Virus record (IMG/VR): IMGVR_UViG_3300048839_000486
Origin: an uncultured virus (IMG/VR IMGVR_UViG_3300048839_000486)
Taxonomy: Duplodnaviria > Heunggongvirae > Uroviricota > Caudoviricetes
DNA length: 27,543 nucleotides
Strand: one strand, 5' to 3'
Within the stretch, counting starts at the first letter, position 1; each line of letters begins with the position of its first letter. Positions 1 to 8,849 of the stretch are shown here, one piece after another. The notes under the pieces were generated by a model. That model did no database searches and was not told where the DNA came from. It was given only the letters and a program-made list of their open reading frames with translations. A program made the position numbers and the translations under genes.

Positions 1-2
1 CC

Positions 3-971
3 AAACTGCCCCTTGAAGGACCAGTAATCAACGTCGATGTGCTTGGCTCCGGTCGAGTCCGTCTGGACATAAAACCACGGATGGCCGTTCGCGGCGTCGG
101 TCCAGAACGAAGACCCATCCGCGATGGTGAGGTCGCAGCCCGACACGCAGGCCGTGATCGGGGTGCCGCTGTCGAGTTGCGCGTAGACCTTTTTGTTCGT
201 CCCGTCTGTGTAGACCCGGAAGGTGTGCCATGCCGTGTCCAGCGCCACCCCGGTCGAGACGGATGCCTGCTCACCGCCCGCGCCCCAGACCACTTCAAAG
301 TTCCCGGTTACTGGCCGCAGCCCGATCCCGCGCGACACGCTCAGTCCGTTCGATGCCCACACCCCGAACGCGATTCGGAAGGTGATGTCGGCGGACTGCC
401 CCAGTCGGAAGATCTTCTTCTCCTCCCAGATCTTCGTGGTGTCGGTGTAGATGTTTCCGAAGATCTGAGATCCTGTTGGGGACAAAGACACTACCCCGTT
501 GTTTCCACTCGTCGCGCCCGACGCCACCCGCAGAACACCGTAATAGGGGCGCGCGCCCGTCTGGAGAGAGACGGTCGCGTTCGAGTTGAACCATCCGAGC
601 GCCCCGATCTGGAGCGAGGTCGTACCGCCGCTGACAAACTCTTCAGCGGCGCAGACCCACCGGGCATCACCCGGCAGGCAAGGCACGTCCGAGAGTTCAA
701 TCCCCCCTCCGCCGCCGCTCGTCACAGCGGTCCAGGTATTCGCCGCCGTACACAGCATCAGGTTTGAGCCGGCTTCCGCATCCGAGTCGAAAAACTGCTC
801 ACCTACGGTACACGTCGCCGGAGCCGTCGTCCCCACCTTCGCAGGAATGGTCCAGAAAGAATCCGAGGCGTCCCAATATCCCTTCAGGACTCTCGACCCA
901 TTGATTGTTTCAACGCTGCCCCAAAGAAGGGCGACGATGCCCAGAAACAGAAAAATCAGTGTGCGCTTCAT
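3..971 (-). CDS. Signal-peptide-bearing adhesin/receptor-binding-like protein, probable C-terminal beta-sandwich (lectin/LamG-like); runs off window
   Basis: Not in the ORF track; translated by hand from ATG at 971: MKRTLIFLFLGIVALLWG-SVETING...PATCTVGEQFFDSDAEAGSNLMLCTAANTWT...WHTFRVYTDG...HIDVDYWSFKGQF, open to the window edge. Starts 2 nt after the upstream stop. Confidence 0.75.
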   Translation of the reverse strand, partial: MKRTLIFLFLGIVALLWGSVETINGSRVLKGYWDASDSFWTIPAKVGTTAPATCTVGEQFFDSDAEAGSNLMLCTAANTWTAVTSGGGGGIELSDVPCLPGDARWVCAAEEFVSGGTTSLQIGALGWFNSNATVSLQTGARPYYGVLRVASGATSGNNGVVSLSPTGSQIFGNIYTDTTKIWEEKKIFRLGQSADITFRIAFGVWASNGLSVSRGIGLRPVTGNFEVVWGAGGEQASVSTGVALDTAWHTFRVYTDGTNKKVYAQLDSGTPITACVSGCDLTIADGSSFWTDAANGHPWFYVQTDSTGAKHIDVDYWSFKGQF

Positions 972-973
972 CG

Positions 974-2881
974 CTAGAAACTCCTCACAATCGTTGCCCC
1001 AAACTGGAACCCATTCGCGACCGCAATCCCCGCTCCGGTGAAATTGCAGATCTTCACCGTCATCTGGTCGATGCCGGCCACGTAGTACTCCACGATCAGA
1101 CTGGCAGGCAGTCCCGCCGGCCTGGCTCCCGCTACCGAATCCCCAGACAGCGCCCCCGGGAATGCATACGTCTGCGTCGGACACGCGCCCGCCGCGATCG
1201 TCCCCCAATCGTTCACCGTGGCTGCCACCTTCAGAAACATCGGCACCAGCGCCGGGTTGACCCCGAGCGGGGCTCCCTCACTGCCATCCCCCACCAGCGA
1301 CTCGTCCGTCACCACGGTGCCCGACCCGCCTTCGCCGCCGCCCGTGTTGGTGATCGTGATGATGTCCATTCCCTCTGTCACGCTGATTCCGGTTCCCGCC
1401 ACCAGAGTCCGCGCCGTCACGTTCGTCCCGGTCTTCAGTACCTGCGCACCGGCGCCCGAATTCGCAACGCTTGTCGTATCGCCGCTCCCACTACCACTGC
1501 TGCTCCCGCCGCCGCCTGACACGTTGACAGCGAACGCCCCGGACTGCGGAACCGCGAACGTCAAGCGGGATTCATTGTCGCTGAGGTGTTGCAGTGAGCC
1601 AGCATCCACACTCGACCCGCCGCTGTCGTACACCTGATACACCAGCGCCCGGTGTCCCGCATTGTGCTCAATGTCGATCGTCGTCACATTGTCCAGAGGA
1701 ATCCAGAGATTCGGCGATGACCCGGACCCACCACCAGGGATCAGCAATAAACGACCCGCCTGCGCCACCGCAAACGGGACCGTCACGTCAAACTGGCCTT
1801 CCCCCGCATCGGTCTGGCACTCGCCGGCGCCGGCGGCCACGACCTTGACCCCAGTGGAAGTCGCCTCCTGCGTCACGATCGCGAAGTCACAACTCCCGAT
1901 CCCATGCTCCGCCGCCGTAACAGTCCAAGTGGTAGCTGGCTCCGTGAATTCCTTAACGAACGTCGCCGTCGTTGTCGAACCTTCAACACCCCCCACCCCA
2001 CACGCAGCCGCTGCGACCTCCAGCGATTGTCCGTCTGCCGCCACTTGCACGCACCGGCCCGCCGTCCAGGACGTGCGCCCTGTTCCACCCATGTTCACGC
2101 CCAACGTGGAAGACAGACCCCCGGCTGTTCCTGTCGTATTCTGATTCAGCGTCGGAAAGTTCGTCAGATTCGCCGCGCTCACCGCCGGCAGTTGCCCCGA
2201 CTCATTCAACTGCACCAGATTGTTCGCCGCCGCACCAACCGTGTACGACGTGCCCCACGCGCTACCCGTCGAATTCGGAACGCCGGCTCCGGGATAGATC
2301 ATCTCCCCGCCACCGCTGCTCCCGCAAGCGGCTCCCGCACTCTCCAATTGCGTTCCGTCCGCGCTTACTTGAACACACCGGCCCGCTACCCACGTCCCCT
2401 GGTTTGTGCCGCCACGCGCCAGCGGGATTGTCCCTGTGGCGATTTTGCTCGCGTCCAGCGCCGGGATGCGTGCCGCATCGAACGTCCCGCTGGAAATCTG
2501 CGAAGCAGCCAACTCAAGCGCAGACTCAACAACATCCCAATCGATGTAATTGCCACTCTCGGACACAGTGACTCGCGCACTACCGGCCCGCGCACGTCGA
2601 AACTGCAAATCCACCGAATTCTTCGAGACGAAGAAGCTCGCCGCCCCAGTCCCCAAATTCGATGCCGTGTTCGCTTCGCCTCCAGTGGCGCCAGGAGCCG
2701 TGGCGCACTCAATCCGGCCCGTTGCTGTGTTCAGCGTGAGGAAGTTGTTCGCGCCGACGCAAAGAGAAAGATTCCCAACAGGCTTGCCGCCCAAGGCGTT
2801 CCCGCCGCCGCCGCCGACCCCCATTTGTCCGAATACCCCGATCGCCGTCAAGGCTGCCAACAGAAGCAATCGCTGGAACAT
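974..2881 (-). CDS. Tail-fibre-like mosaic protein with N-terminal signal peptide
   Basis: 635 aa, Gly/Ala/Thr/Ser-rich. Fibre-type motifs ASNLGTGAASFFVSKNSVDLQFR, IPALDASKIATGTIPLAR, NLVQLNESGQLPAVSAANLTN; duplicated WxAGRCVQVxADGxxLExAxAACG module; RBS GGAG. Confidence 0.75.
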   Translation of the reverse strand: MFQRLLLLAALTAIGVFGQMGVGGGGGNALGGKPVGNLSLCVGANNFLTLNTATGRIECATAPGATGGEANTASNLGTGAASFFVSKNSVDLQFRRARAGSARVTVSESGNYIDWDVVESALELAASQISSGTFDAARIPALDASKIATGTIPLARGGTNQGTWVAGRCVQVSADGTQLESAGAACGSSGGGEMIYPGAGVPNSTGSAWGTSYTVGAAANNLVQLNESGQLPAVSAANLTNFPTLNQNTTGTAGGLSSTLGVNMGGTGRTSWTAGRCVQVAADGQSLEVAAAACGVGGVEGSTTTATFVKEFTEPATTWTVTAAEHGIGSCDFAIVTQEATSTGVKVVAAGAGECQTDAGEGQFDVTVPFAVAQAGRLLLIPGGGSGSSPNLWIPLDNVTTIDIEHNAGHRALVYQVYDSGGSSVDAGSLQHLSDNESRLTFAVPQSGAFAVNVSGGGGSSSGSGSGDTTSVANSGAGAQVLKTGTNVTARTLVAGTGISVTEGMDIITITNTGGGEGGSGTVVTDESLVGDGSEGAPLGVNPALVPMFLKVAATVNDWGTIAAGACPTQTYAFPGALSGDSVAGARPAGLPASLIVEYYVAGIDQMTVKICNFTGAGIAVANGFQFGATIVRSF

Positions 2882-2897
2882 TTGACTCTCCTAGTAC

Positions 2898-3239
2898 CTA
2901 ACGAATGTGCGCGGACACCAGCCCAGCATCCCCGTTGTTATCCGCATCCAGGTACAAGTCATGCGGCTTGATCGTGTTCAGGGCGTTGTACTCGCCAAAC
3001 GCCCAAGTGCTGCCCTGTGGGATGATCGCCAGGACGCCGGCCAGCGTGGTCCGATTCATGTCTGCGTACCCCAAGTACAGCGGGCCGGTATTGTCCGTGA
3101 GCGCCTGGATATTCAGCTTGCTCACAACCATCTGCTCGAACTCGCTGTCGGATGGGAAGTTCGCCGTCAATCGAACCGGCGTTCCCGCCGCAGCCACAGC
3201 CACTTTCCCTAATGGAACGGGGTTCATCGTAATCGGCAT
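2898..3239 (-). CDS. Small beta-rich putative virion/structural protein
   Basis: 113 aa, strong RBS GGAGGT, directly upstream of the fibre genes. Confidence 0.7.
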   Translation of the reverse strand: MPITMNPVPLGKVAVAAAGTPVRLTANFPSDSEFEQMVVSKLNIQALTDNTGPLYLGYADMNRTTLAGVLAIIPQGSTWAFGEYNALNTIKPHDLYLDADNNGDAGLVSAHIR

Positions 3240-3292
3240 ACCTAATACCTCCCCTCCGAACTAGCACAAAAAGGCAATCGGCTCAATCCAAT

Positions 3293-3325
3293 AAAAAACC
3301 CGGCGAGCCAAGAAGACCCGCCGGG
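3293..3325 (-). terminator. Rho-independent terminator
   Basis: Minus strand CCCGGCGGGTC-TTCTT-GGCTCGCCGGG-TTTTTT. Confidence 0.8.
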
Positions 3326-3368
3326 GACCCGAAAGGAGGAGGATTGGGGTAAATCTGATCTCCGCTGG

Positions 3369-4172
3369 TTACTTGCCGCCCCGGATGAAGGCCATCTCTT
3401 CAGGAGATCGGCTTGCGCGCCACATTGCCGCTTTCTCGGCGCCCGACTGTGCGGCCTCATCCGCATCACCACCAACACCACCCCGCCCCGATTGCGGGTC
3501 AAAGGCCCGGATCGGCTCAATGCGAGGCTTGACCTCTCTGTGTCCAACAAAGAATCGGGAGCGGGCCGCGTCCTTGATCTCGCGAATCTTCTCGCTGAGG
3601 CCGATCTTCTCCTGCGTGGTGGCGAAGATCGCGTAAGGCCCATCCTGGCTGCCTTCTGGGTTATACGCCAGCCGGACGATCTTGAGCCCTTCGTCCGGGC
3701 GGATCTGCCGGAACAAGCGAAGAGGCGCCTCCTCCCCCATGTCAACATCGAGAATCGGGGGCGCGGAGTTCTCCAGATGATCGCGGATGGTGTCCACGTC
3801 GAAGTACTCAAAGTCAGCCGGACGAACCGTATCCACCCGGACTCGGCGCGGCGGCGCGATCGGCTCATCATCCGCCAGTGACACTGGCACCGTCACCCCG
3901 GCGTCCGACGCCGGATGTACTGAATGAACCTTGAACGACTTCTCCTCTGCCGAAATCACCCGGCCTGGATCGTCCCGACAGGCGCCGGGGAGCGGGGGGC
4001 GAGGGGCGAGGCTAGCCTGCGCCGGCACCGCCGCCAGAACCCCGCTCCCCATGATCTGCTCCGTGATCTGAATGCTTCTGGCAATCTCTTCCGCAATCTC
4101 GCTCGCCGTGGCGCCGGCGGGGACCCGCCCCAACGCGCCCGCGATCACTGTCTTCAACGTGCCAAAATCCAT
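3369..4172 (-). CDS. Hypothetical protein
   Basis: Long ORF; ATG at 4172 (MDFGTLK) preceded by GAAGGAG. Confidence 0.75.
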   Translation of the reverse strand: MDFGTLKTVIAGALGRVPAGATASEIAEEIARSIQITEQIMGSGVLAAVPAQASLAPRPPLPGACRDDPGRVISAEEKSFKVHSVHPASDAGVTVPVSLADDEPIAPPRRVRVDTVRPADFEYFDVDTIRDHLENSAPPILDVDMGEEAPLRLFRQIRPDEGLKIVRLAYNPEGSQDGPYAIFATTQEKIGLSEKIREIKDAARSRFFVGHREVKPRIEPIRAFDPQSGRGGVGGDADEAAQSGAEKAAMWRASRSPEEMAFIRGGK

Positions 4173-4186
4173 CTCAACTCCTTCCG

Positions 4187-4669
4187 TTACTCGAAGCCCG
4201 GCGTTTTTTTTTCGCTCCACGCGCCGGACTCATCCATCCCTTCCGTGTTCAAGCGGAAATCAGCGTTGGTGTGCTGGACGTAAAGAGCGTCCCGGTCCTC
4301 TTCCGTCAAAACCTGGACCTGCTCACGATCATCCGCTGGAGGTGCGTCGCGCACAATGACATCGACAAACCGGCCAATGGACTTCTCCAGGCGAAGTGCG
4401 GTTTCACCCGCCGTCTGGAATGCCTTCATCATCCCTTCCGCGTACCGATCGCCATTACGATAGGACTCAAGGAGTCCGGTCATGATGACCGTAAGAGCGG
4501 CCTGCGATTCGGCCAACTGCTTCGCGGACGCAACGAGGTCGCGAAGCAGTTCCGTCCGCTGTGCCTCACGAGACTGCATGTACTTGCGGACGCGGGGAAC
4601 CACAAGAAAAACCAAGAGAATAAGCGCCAGATTGGCTGTCGCTATGACCCAAAATGCTGAACCTTGCAT
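4187..4669 (-). CDS. Single-pass membrane protein with coiled coil (possible lysis accessory)
   Basis: N-terminal TM AFWVIATANLALILLVFLVVP followed by an amphipathic helical region; ATG 1 nt after the upstream stop. Confidence 0.65.
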   Translation of the reverse strand: MQGSAFWVIATANLALILLVFLVVPRVRKYMQSREAQRTELLRDLVASAKQLAESQAALTVIMTGLLESYRNGDRYAEGMMKAFQTAGETALRLEKSIGRFVDVIVRDAPPADDREQVQVLTEEDRDALYVQHTNADFRLNTEGMDESGAWSEKKTPGFE

Positions 4670-4670
4670 G

Positions 4671-5159
4671 TTATCGAGACTCCTTCTGTCTCCCGCGCCG
4701 CGCCTCATTCAGCCGGCACGATTCGTCGTGGTCCATTGGGCAGTCCTGTCTTTTGTCGTAAGCCGACTGCACCATGTCTGCCATCAACTCAAGGCTCCTT
4801 GAGATGTTGACTTGAGCCACCGTGTTCTCCTTGATGACAACAGCCAAGTTGGCGGCCAACCGATTGTCGGCCTCGCGAATGCGATCCTCCCTCTCCCTCG
4901 TCGCCTTCGTATCCTCCCGCCAGTACTTGAACATGACGAGAACCAGGGAAAACATCAAAACAGCGAAAGTCTGCTCCGAGATCCATTGGGCATTCGGGAT
5001 GCCGACCCCGGAAACGAAAAGAGAGAGCATACCCATGGGCGGGACCACGTATGGGGCAGCATCCTTCAAAAATAAGAGCACAGGCAGAAGCCCTCCTGTG
5101 TCTGAACTAGCACAATTGCTTAGTCTGGGCAATGATTCACGGGTAATTGCTGCCGGCAT
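4671..5159 (-). CDS. Membrane protein, holin-like
   Basis: Hydrophobic segments, then WISEQTFAVLMFSLVLVMFKYWREDTKATREREDR...VIKENT, resembling BhlA/UviB-type holin architecture. Confidence 0.55.
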   Translation of the reverse strand: MPAAITRESLPRLSNCASSDTGGLLPVLLFLKDAAPYVVPPMGMLSLFVSGVGIPNAQWISEQTFAVLMFSLVLVMFKYWREDTKATREREDRIREADNRLAANLAVVIKENTVAQVNISRSLELMADMVQSAYDKRQDCPMDHDESCRLNEARRGRQKESR

Positions 5160-5165
5160 TTTTTG

Positions 5166-5723
5166 CTATACCCCCGTTGACCCAAAGCCCCCCTCGCCCC
5201 TATCCGAATCCGACAAAGATTCACCATCCACGGCGACTTCAACGTCTGGCGCGAGGTACGGCATGAAGACGATTTGCGCGACGCGGGACCCTGCGGGAAT
5301 GAGCTTCTCGAAACCCATCTCACCAGTGCCGTCCATCCGGTTGAACGTCATCCCGGACCACACCAAGATGACCCCGACATCGCCCCGGTATCCGGGGTCA
5401 ATCGTGCCCGGCGAGTTGAAAACGCAGACGCCTTCCTTGAGGGCGAACCCGCTTCGACTGCGAACCTCTGCCTGCACGCCGGCGGGCAGTTCCATCCTGA
5501 GTCCCGTCTTCACGAGCACCGGGACATGCGGGCGGAGAACCACCTCCTCGATCGAGAACAGGTCCATGCCGGCGTCTTCACTCGGCCCATGCGCGAATCT
5601 TGGGATCTGCGCCAAAGGCGATGTCTTCAGAATCCGGACTTTGAGCGGCGGCGGGATCGGCGCGGTTTGCGACTCCGCGACCTGCGCTTGCGCCTGAACT
5701 GCTTGCGTGCCCTTACTCTTCAA
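5166..5723 (-). CDS. dut: dUTPase (trimeric)
   Basis: All five motifs present: AGMDL, RSRSG, GTIDPGYRG, RVAQ, RGEGGFGSTG. TTG start after GGAGGT. Confidence 0.96.
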   Translation of the reverse strand: MKSKGTQAVQAQAQVAESQTAPIPPPLKVRILKTSPLAQIPRFAHGPSEDAGMDLFSIEEVVLRPHVPVLVKTGLRMELPAGVQAEVRSRSGFALKEGVCVFNSPGTIDPGYRGDVGVILVWSGMTFNRMDGTGEMGFEKLIPAGSRVAQIVFMPYLAPDVEVAVDGESLSDSDRGEGGFGSTGV

Positions 5724-5751
5724 CCTAGTACCTCCATTCGTAGTTAGATCT

Positions 5752-6435
5752 TCACTTCCGCTTTTGCGGTTTCAACCTGAGTTTCCGCTCCCGGCACATC
5801 GCAGAATTGCACTCGATGCACATGGACATCCAGACGCCCGTTGCGTACCGATAGAACTCACCGATCGGGCGAAGGGCTTGCGACTTTGGGCAGCGGGTAC
5901 AGATCTTGTAGTTCATGCCAAACCGCCGGATTCCGAAATCCTCGTAAAAAGCCCAGCATGACTCTTCTTCACTGTACGCGGCGGCGAGGCGCTTACGCTT
6001 CTTAGGGATGTCGGCGCCAAAGCGCCGCATCACTTCAGCGTACTGAATCGTCTCCAACTCGACCCGCTGAAAAAAGTAACCCTTGATTCGGGCGAGGCTT
6101 TTTTGAGACGGGCCATCGCGCAAGTCGTACAGGCTCGCCACCGCGATCGACGGGAACTTGGCGGCCAAACATTGCGCCGCTTTTGCCCCCATCAAGGCAA
6201 GCGCCTTGCGGTAGGTCGCATGAGCCCGCTGCCTGGAAACGCTACGGAACCCGAACCCGCCAAGAGCCTCACCAACTTGCGTCATGCTGAGCGGGGTCCC
6301 GTCATGGTACACCCCGCATCTCAACTTAACGACAAGCTCCTGCGCGGGGCTCAACGGCATCACAGCCAAGGCCATGCACTCAGCCACGCGAAGATCGAGC
6401 GCCTCCACGTAGCCGGGGCGCCGGGCGGCGATCAC
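5752..6435 (-). CDS. Sigma70 region-4-like HTH protein with C-terminal Cys4 zinc finger
   Basis: LSPAQELVVKLRCGVYHDGTPLSMTQVGEALG...VSRQRAHATYRKAL matches the sigma70 r4 pattern; C-terminal CTRC...EFY...CIEC. GTG at 6435 overlaps the upstream TGA (alternative start 6483). Confidence 0.7.
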   Translation of the reverse strand: MIAARRPGYVEALDLRVAECMALAVMPLSPAQELVVKLRCGVYHDGTPLSMTQVGEALGGFGFRSVSRQRAHATYRKALALMGAKAAQCLAAKFPSIAVASLYDLRDGPSQKSLARIKGYFFQRVELETIQYAEVMRRFGADIPKKRKRLAAAYSEEESCWAFYEDFGIRRFGMNYKICTRCPKSQALRPIGEFYRYATGVWMSMCIECNSAMCRERKLRLKPQKRK

Positions 6436-6602
6436 TTCAGACGCTTTATGTGTGGACCGAACCAAGGTTTCTCCTTCTGACATTCAGGACAGTACTTGCC
6501 AGTTCGGTTGTAGGTCCAAAAGACCTTACCGCACCGAACCCTATCCTTGCCAATACTCTCGCAGACTTTGCGAATTAGCTTCTTCGGGAATACGAATCCC
6601 AA
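6432..6602 (-). CDS. Small zinc-ribbon protein (56 aa)
   Basis: Hand translation from TTG: MGFVFPKKLIRKVCESIGKDRVRCGKVFWTYNRTGKYCPECQKEKPWFGPHIKRLK*; GTGA overlap with the next gene. Confidence 0.55.
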   Translation of the reverse strand: MGFVFPKKLIRKVCESIGKDRVRCGKVFWTYNRTGKYCPECQKEKPWFGPHIKRLK

Positions 6603-6736
6603 TCCTCATCCGCTCTGACATAGTCGCTTCCCTGGTTTGCGGCTACCGTATGTCAGATTTCAGTCCGCGTGCAGTATCCCTGCCAGCGAGCCAACCTATC
6701 ACATTCAACCTAACGCTTAACCCAGGGCCATCGTTG

Positions 6737-7111
6737 TCATGACCGCGACATCCGAGCCAGCTTGGCAACATTCTGAGACATATACTGGTTCACGCTCTTA
6801 ATCATCTGGGCGTGAACTTCGTACATCCAGTACGTGTTGCCAGAGTGAGCGTCGATATACCTTCGACGCTGCAACCGGCCCTCAACCCAAACCACATCAC
6901 CCTTGTCGAACTTCTCGACCCAGTCCTTGTTCCACGCGAGAACCTCGACAATATCGGACTCCCGTTCAACTCTTCCGCTGGATGCCTTCATCCACTCACG
7001 CTCGGTCTCAACCTCAAACCGAAAGTAGAATGAACTCGCCGAAATCGTAACCAATTCCGGCTTATCCAGCAAAGCCCCTACTAGAATCACTCGGTTCATC
7101 ATAAACGTCAC
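6737..7111 (-). CDS. ssb: Single-stranded DNA-binding protein homolog lacking the acidic tail
   Basis: MNRVILVG...PEL...VLAW...KGDVVWVEGRLQRRRY...YEVHA OB-fold motifs. Confidence 0.85.
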   Translation of the reverse strand: MTFMMNRVILVGALLDKPELVTISASSFYFRFEVETEREWMKASSGRVERESDIVEVLAWNKDWVEKFDKGDVVWVEGRLQRRRYIDAHSGNTYWMYEVHAQMIKSVNQYMSQNVAKLARMSRS

Positions 7112-7180
7112 CTTCTAGGGCTATTCGATTTATTGTGCAAGTGGCCTATCACTTACCGGCAGAATCCAATGCACATCCGT

Positions 7181-7209
7181 ATCGTACATTGAACCGCCGC
7201 TAAAGTCAA
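7181..7209 (-). promoter_or_regulatory. Sigma70-type promoter
   Basis: TTGACT-17 nt-TACGAT. Confidence 0.7.
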
Positions 7210-7263
7210 TAGGTCGCCTGCTGCCTTGGTTTTGTTACTCTGGGACTAGAGGCGACACTGGTA

Positions 7264-7710
7264 CTAAAATGGGACTTGGTCGTCGCCGAAGCCAGTGTCC
7301 CATGGCTCCGTCCCACCGCCATCGTGTCCACCGCCATCGTGTCCACCGCCAGCGTTTCGCGGCTGCGATCTCTCACCGGACCCGGACCCCGATCCGCAGA
7401 GGATCACATCGGAGGCGACAACATCGGTATAGTACCTCGTCTCCTCGCCCGGTTTCTCGACCTTCCGGTGAGCAAGCCGGCCCTCGACAAGCAACTTTGT
7501 CCCTTTGGTCAGGTAGCTGAGAAGACCTTCCCGCCCCCAGAGCGTGACTCGGTGCCAGTCGGTTTCATCGTGGTAGTTCTCGCCACGCTTGACCGACCTT
7601 GTCGTCGCCACGCTCAGGGCTGTCACCGGGGTCCCATCCTGCATGTAGCGGGTTTCCGCGTCTTTCCCGAGGTGCCCAAGCAATTGGACGCGATTCAATG
7701 ATTTCGACAT
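7264..7710 (-). CDS. ssb: Single-stranded DNA-binding protein
   Basis: SLNRVQLLGHLGKDAETRY...TDWHRVTLWG...LTKGTKLLVEGRL; Gly-rich linker; C-terminal DDQVPF. Confidence 0.96.
   Translation of the reverse strand: MSKSLNRVQLLGHLGKDAETRYMQDGTPVTALSVATTRSVKRGENYHDETDWHRVTLWGREGLLSYLTKGTKLLVEGRLAHRKVEKPGEETRYYTDVVASDVILCGSGSGSGERSQPRNAGGGHDGGGHDGGGTEPWDTGFGDDQVPF
7313..7350. repeat. 15-bp tandem repeat (2.5 copies) in the SSB linker
   Basis: CCACCGCCATCGTGT repeated, encoding GGHDG-GGHDG-GG. Confidence 0.85.
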
Positions 7711-7746
7711 CTAGTACCTTCTTCTCCTGGAACAATTCAAACAGTC

Positions 7747-7778
7747 AATAAGAGGGGCGGCGATTCACTCCCCGCCCC
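7747..7778 (-). terminator. Probable terminator hairpin after PNKP
   Basis: GGGGCGG-GGAGTGAATCG-CCGCCCC followed by TCTTATT. Confidence 0.5.
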
Positions 7779-7792
7779 AGAACAGAAGCCAT

Positions 7793-8698
7793 CTACGCGG
7801 GCAAGGGCTTGATCCCGTCCCGCATGGCGCCCACCAACTCGACATGGGGCATGTAATACTGCCGCAGGAAGGCGACAACAAGAGGGTCGTCGTCGTAAAT
7901 GCGGCTCACCTGGGCCGGGTCGCAGTACCGCTCCAGCATGTCCAACTTCACATCCGGCGCCGGACGCCGATCCCCCGTCGCCCGCATGACGAGCATTTCA
8001 GCGACTTCGTAGAGCCCGTGATGGCGAAGCCACTCCTCTGTGAGTTGCCGGCAGGACTCTTCGCGCCCTGTCATGTAGATGATGCGGTGCCCGGAGCGAT
8101 GATGCTCCATCAGGACTTCGATCATCTTGGGTATGGGCTTGTCGTTCGGAATGCCCGCCGCCGCCGCGTCCCAATCGAAATCTTCCTGGTCGCGGGCCTG
8201 CATCCGGTGGGAACTGTCAGCTAACGTCCCGTCCAAATCGAAGATGACATCAACGCCGTCATACTTCCGGCTCAGGTACTGCCTTGCCATGCCGGCGATC
8301 ACCGTCCGGCCTACCCGCGCATCACCGCGCACGGAGTCCCGCCGAACGCACTCCTCGAACGGGGTATTGACGAAGTCAATCTCCAGCGTGACACCGTAGT
8401 CGTCCGCAATCGCGGCCCACCCCGTTTGGTGTCGCCACCCCAGATTTGTGTCGTCAACGATCACCGACACCCCATTCGCGAGCGCCCTGGCGGCGATCGC
8501 GAACTGAGCGGATCGCGTGATTTCTTCCTGCTCGCGGCTCCAGGGACGGCCCGCGTGCAGCATCTCGCGCAAGGAGTCCTTATTCACGCGAATCGTGGGT
8601 GCCTTCGCGGCCTCCACTAGGGATCTCGCCCTGGTACTCTTGCCGCTCGCAGGCAGGCCGGAAAGAATGGTCAACCGAAGTTGGTCAAAGCCCATCAC
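7793..8698 (-). CDS. pseT: Polynucleotide 5'-kinase/3'-phosphatase (T4 PseT-like)
   Basis: P-loop GLPASGKST, RVNKDSLR, VIVDDTN; HAD domain FDLDGTLAD, MTGR, YDDDP. Confidence 0.92.
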   Translation of the reverse strand: MMGFDQLRLTILSGLPASGKSTRARSLVEAAKAPTIRVNKDSLREMLHAGRPWSREQEEITRSAQFAIAARALANGVSVIVDDTNLGWRHQTGWAAIADDYGVTLEIDFVNTPFEECVRRDSVRGDARVGRTVIAGMARQYLSRKYDGVDVIFDLDGTLADSSHRMQARDQEDFDWDAAAAGIPNDKPIPKMIEVLMEHHRSGHRIIYMTGREESCRQLTEEWLRHHGLYEVAEMLVMRATGDRRPAPDVKLDMLERYCDPAQVSRIYDDDPLVVAFLRQYYMPHVELVGAMRDGIKPLPA

Positions 8699-8800
8699 TC
8701 AAAAACCTCCATATCCAGAATGAGAAATCGCAAGATTTCCCCCTACAAGCATCGACCCATAGCCCGGCGATGACAAACCGGAACCAAAGGTATTACGCTT

Positions 8801-8829
8801 GTTATACAATAAATCACGGCACTTGTCAA
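8801..8829 (-). promoter_or_regulatory. Strong sigma70-type promoter
   Basis: TTGACA-17 nt-TATAAC. Confidence 0.8.
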
Positions 8830-8849
8830 CCAGTGATAGCTCTGAACTA

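Noticed and set aside
974..2881. Diversity-generating retroelement target in the fibre gene
   Set aside because: The internal repeat is a diverged protein module, not an adenine-specific TR/VR pair, and no reverse transcriptase is present in the window.
6650..6670. tRNA-Phe-like anticodon arm GGACTGAAATCT
   Set aside because: No D-arm, T-arm (GTTC) or acceptor stem; no tRNA could be supported anywhere in the window.
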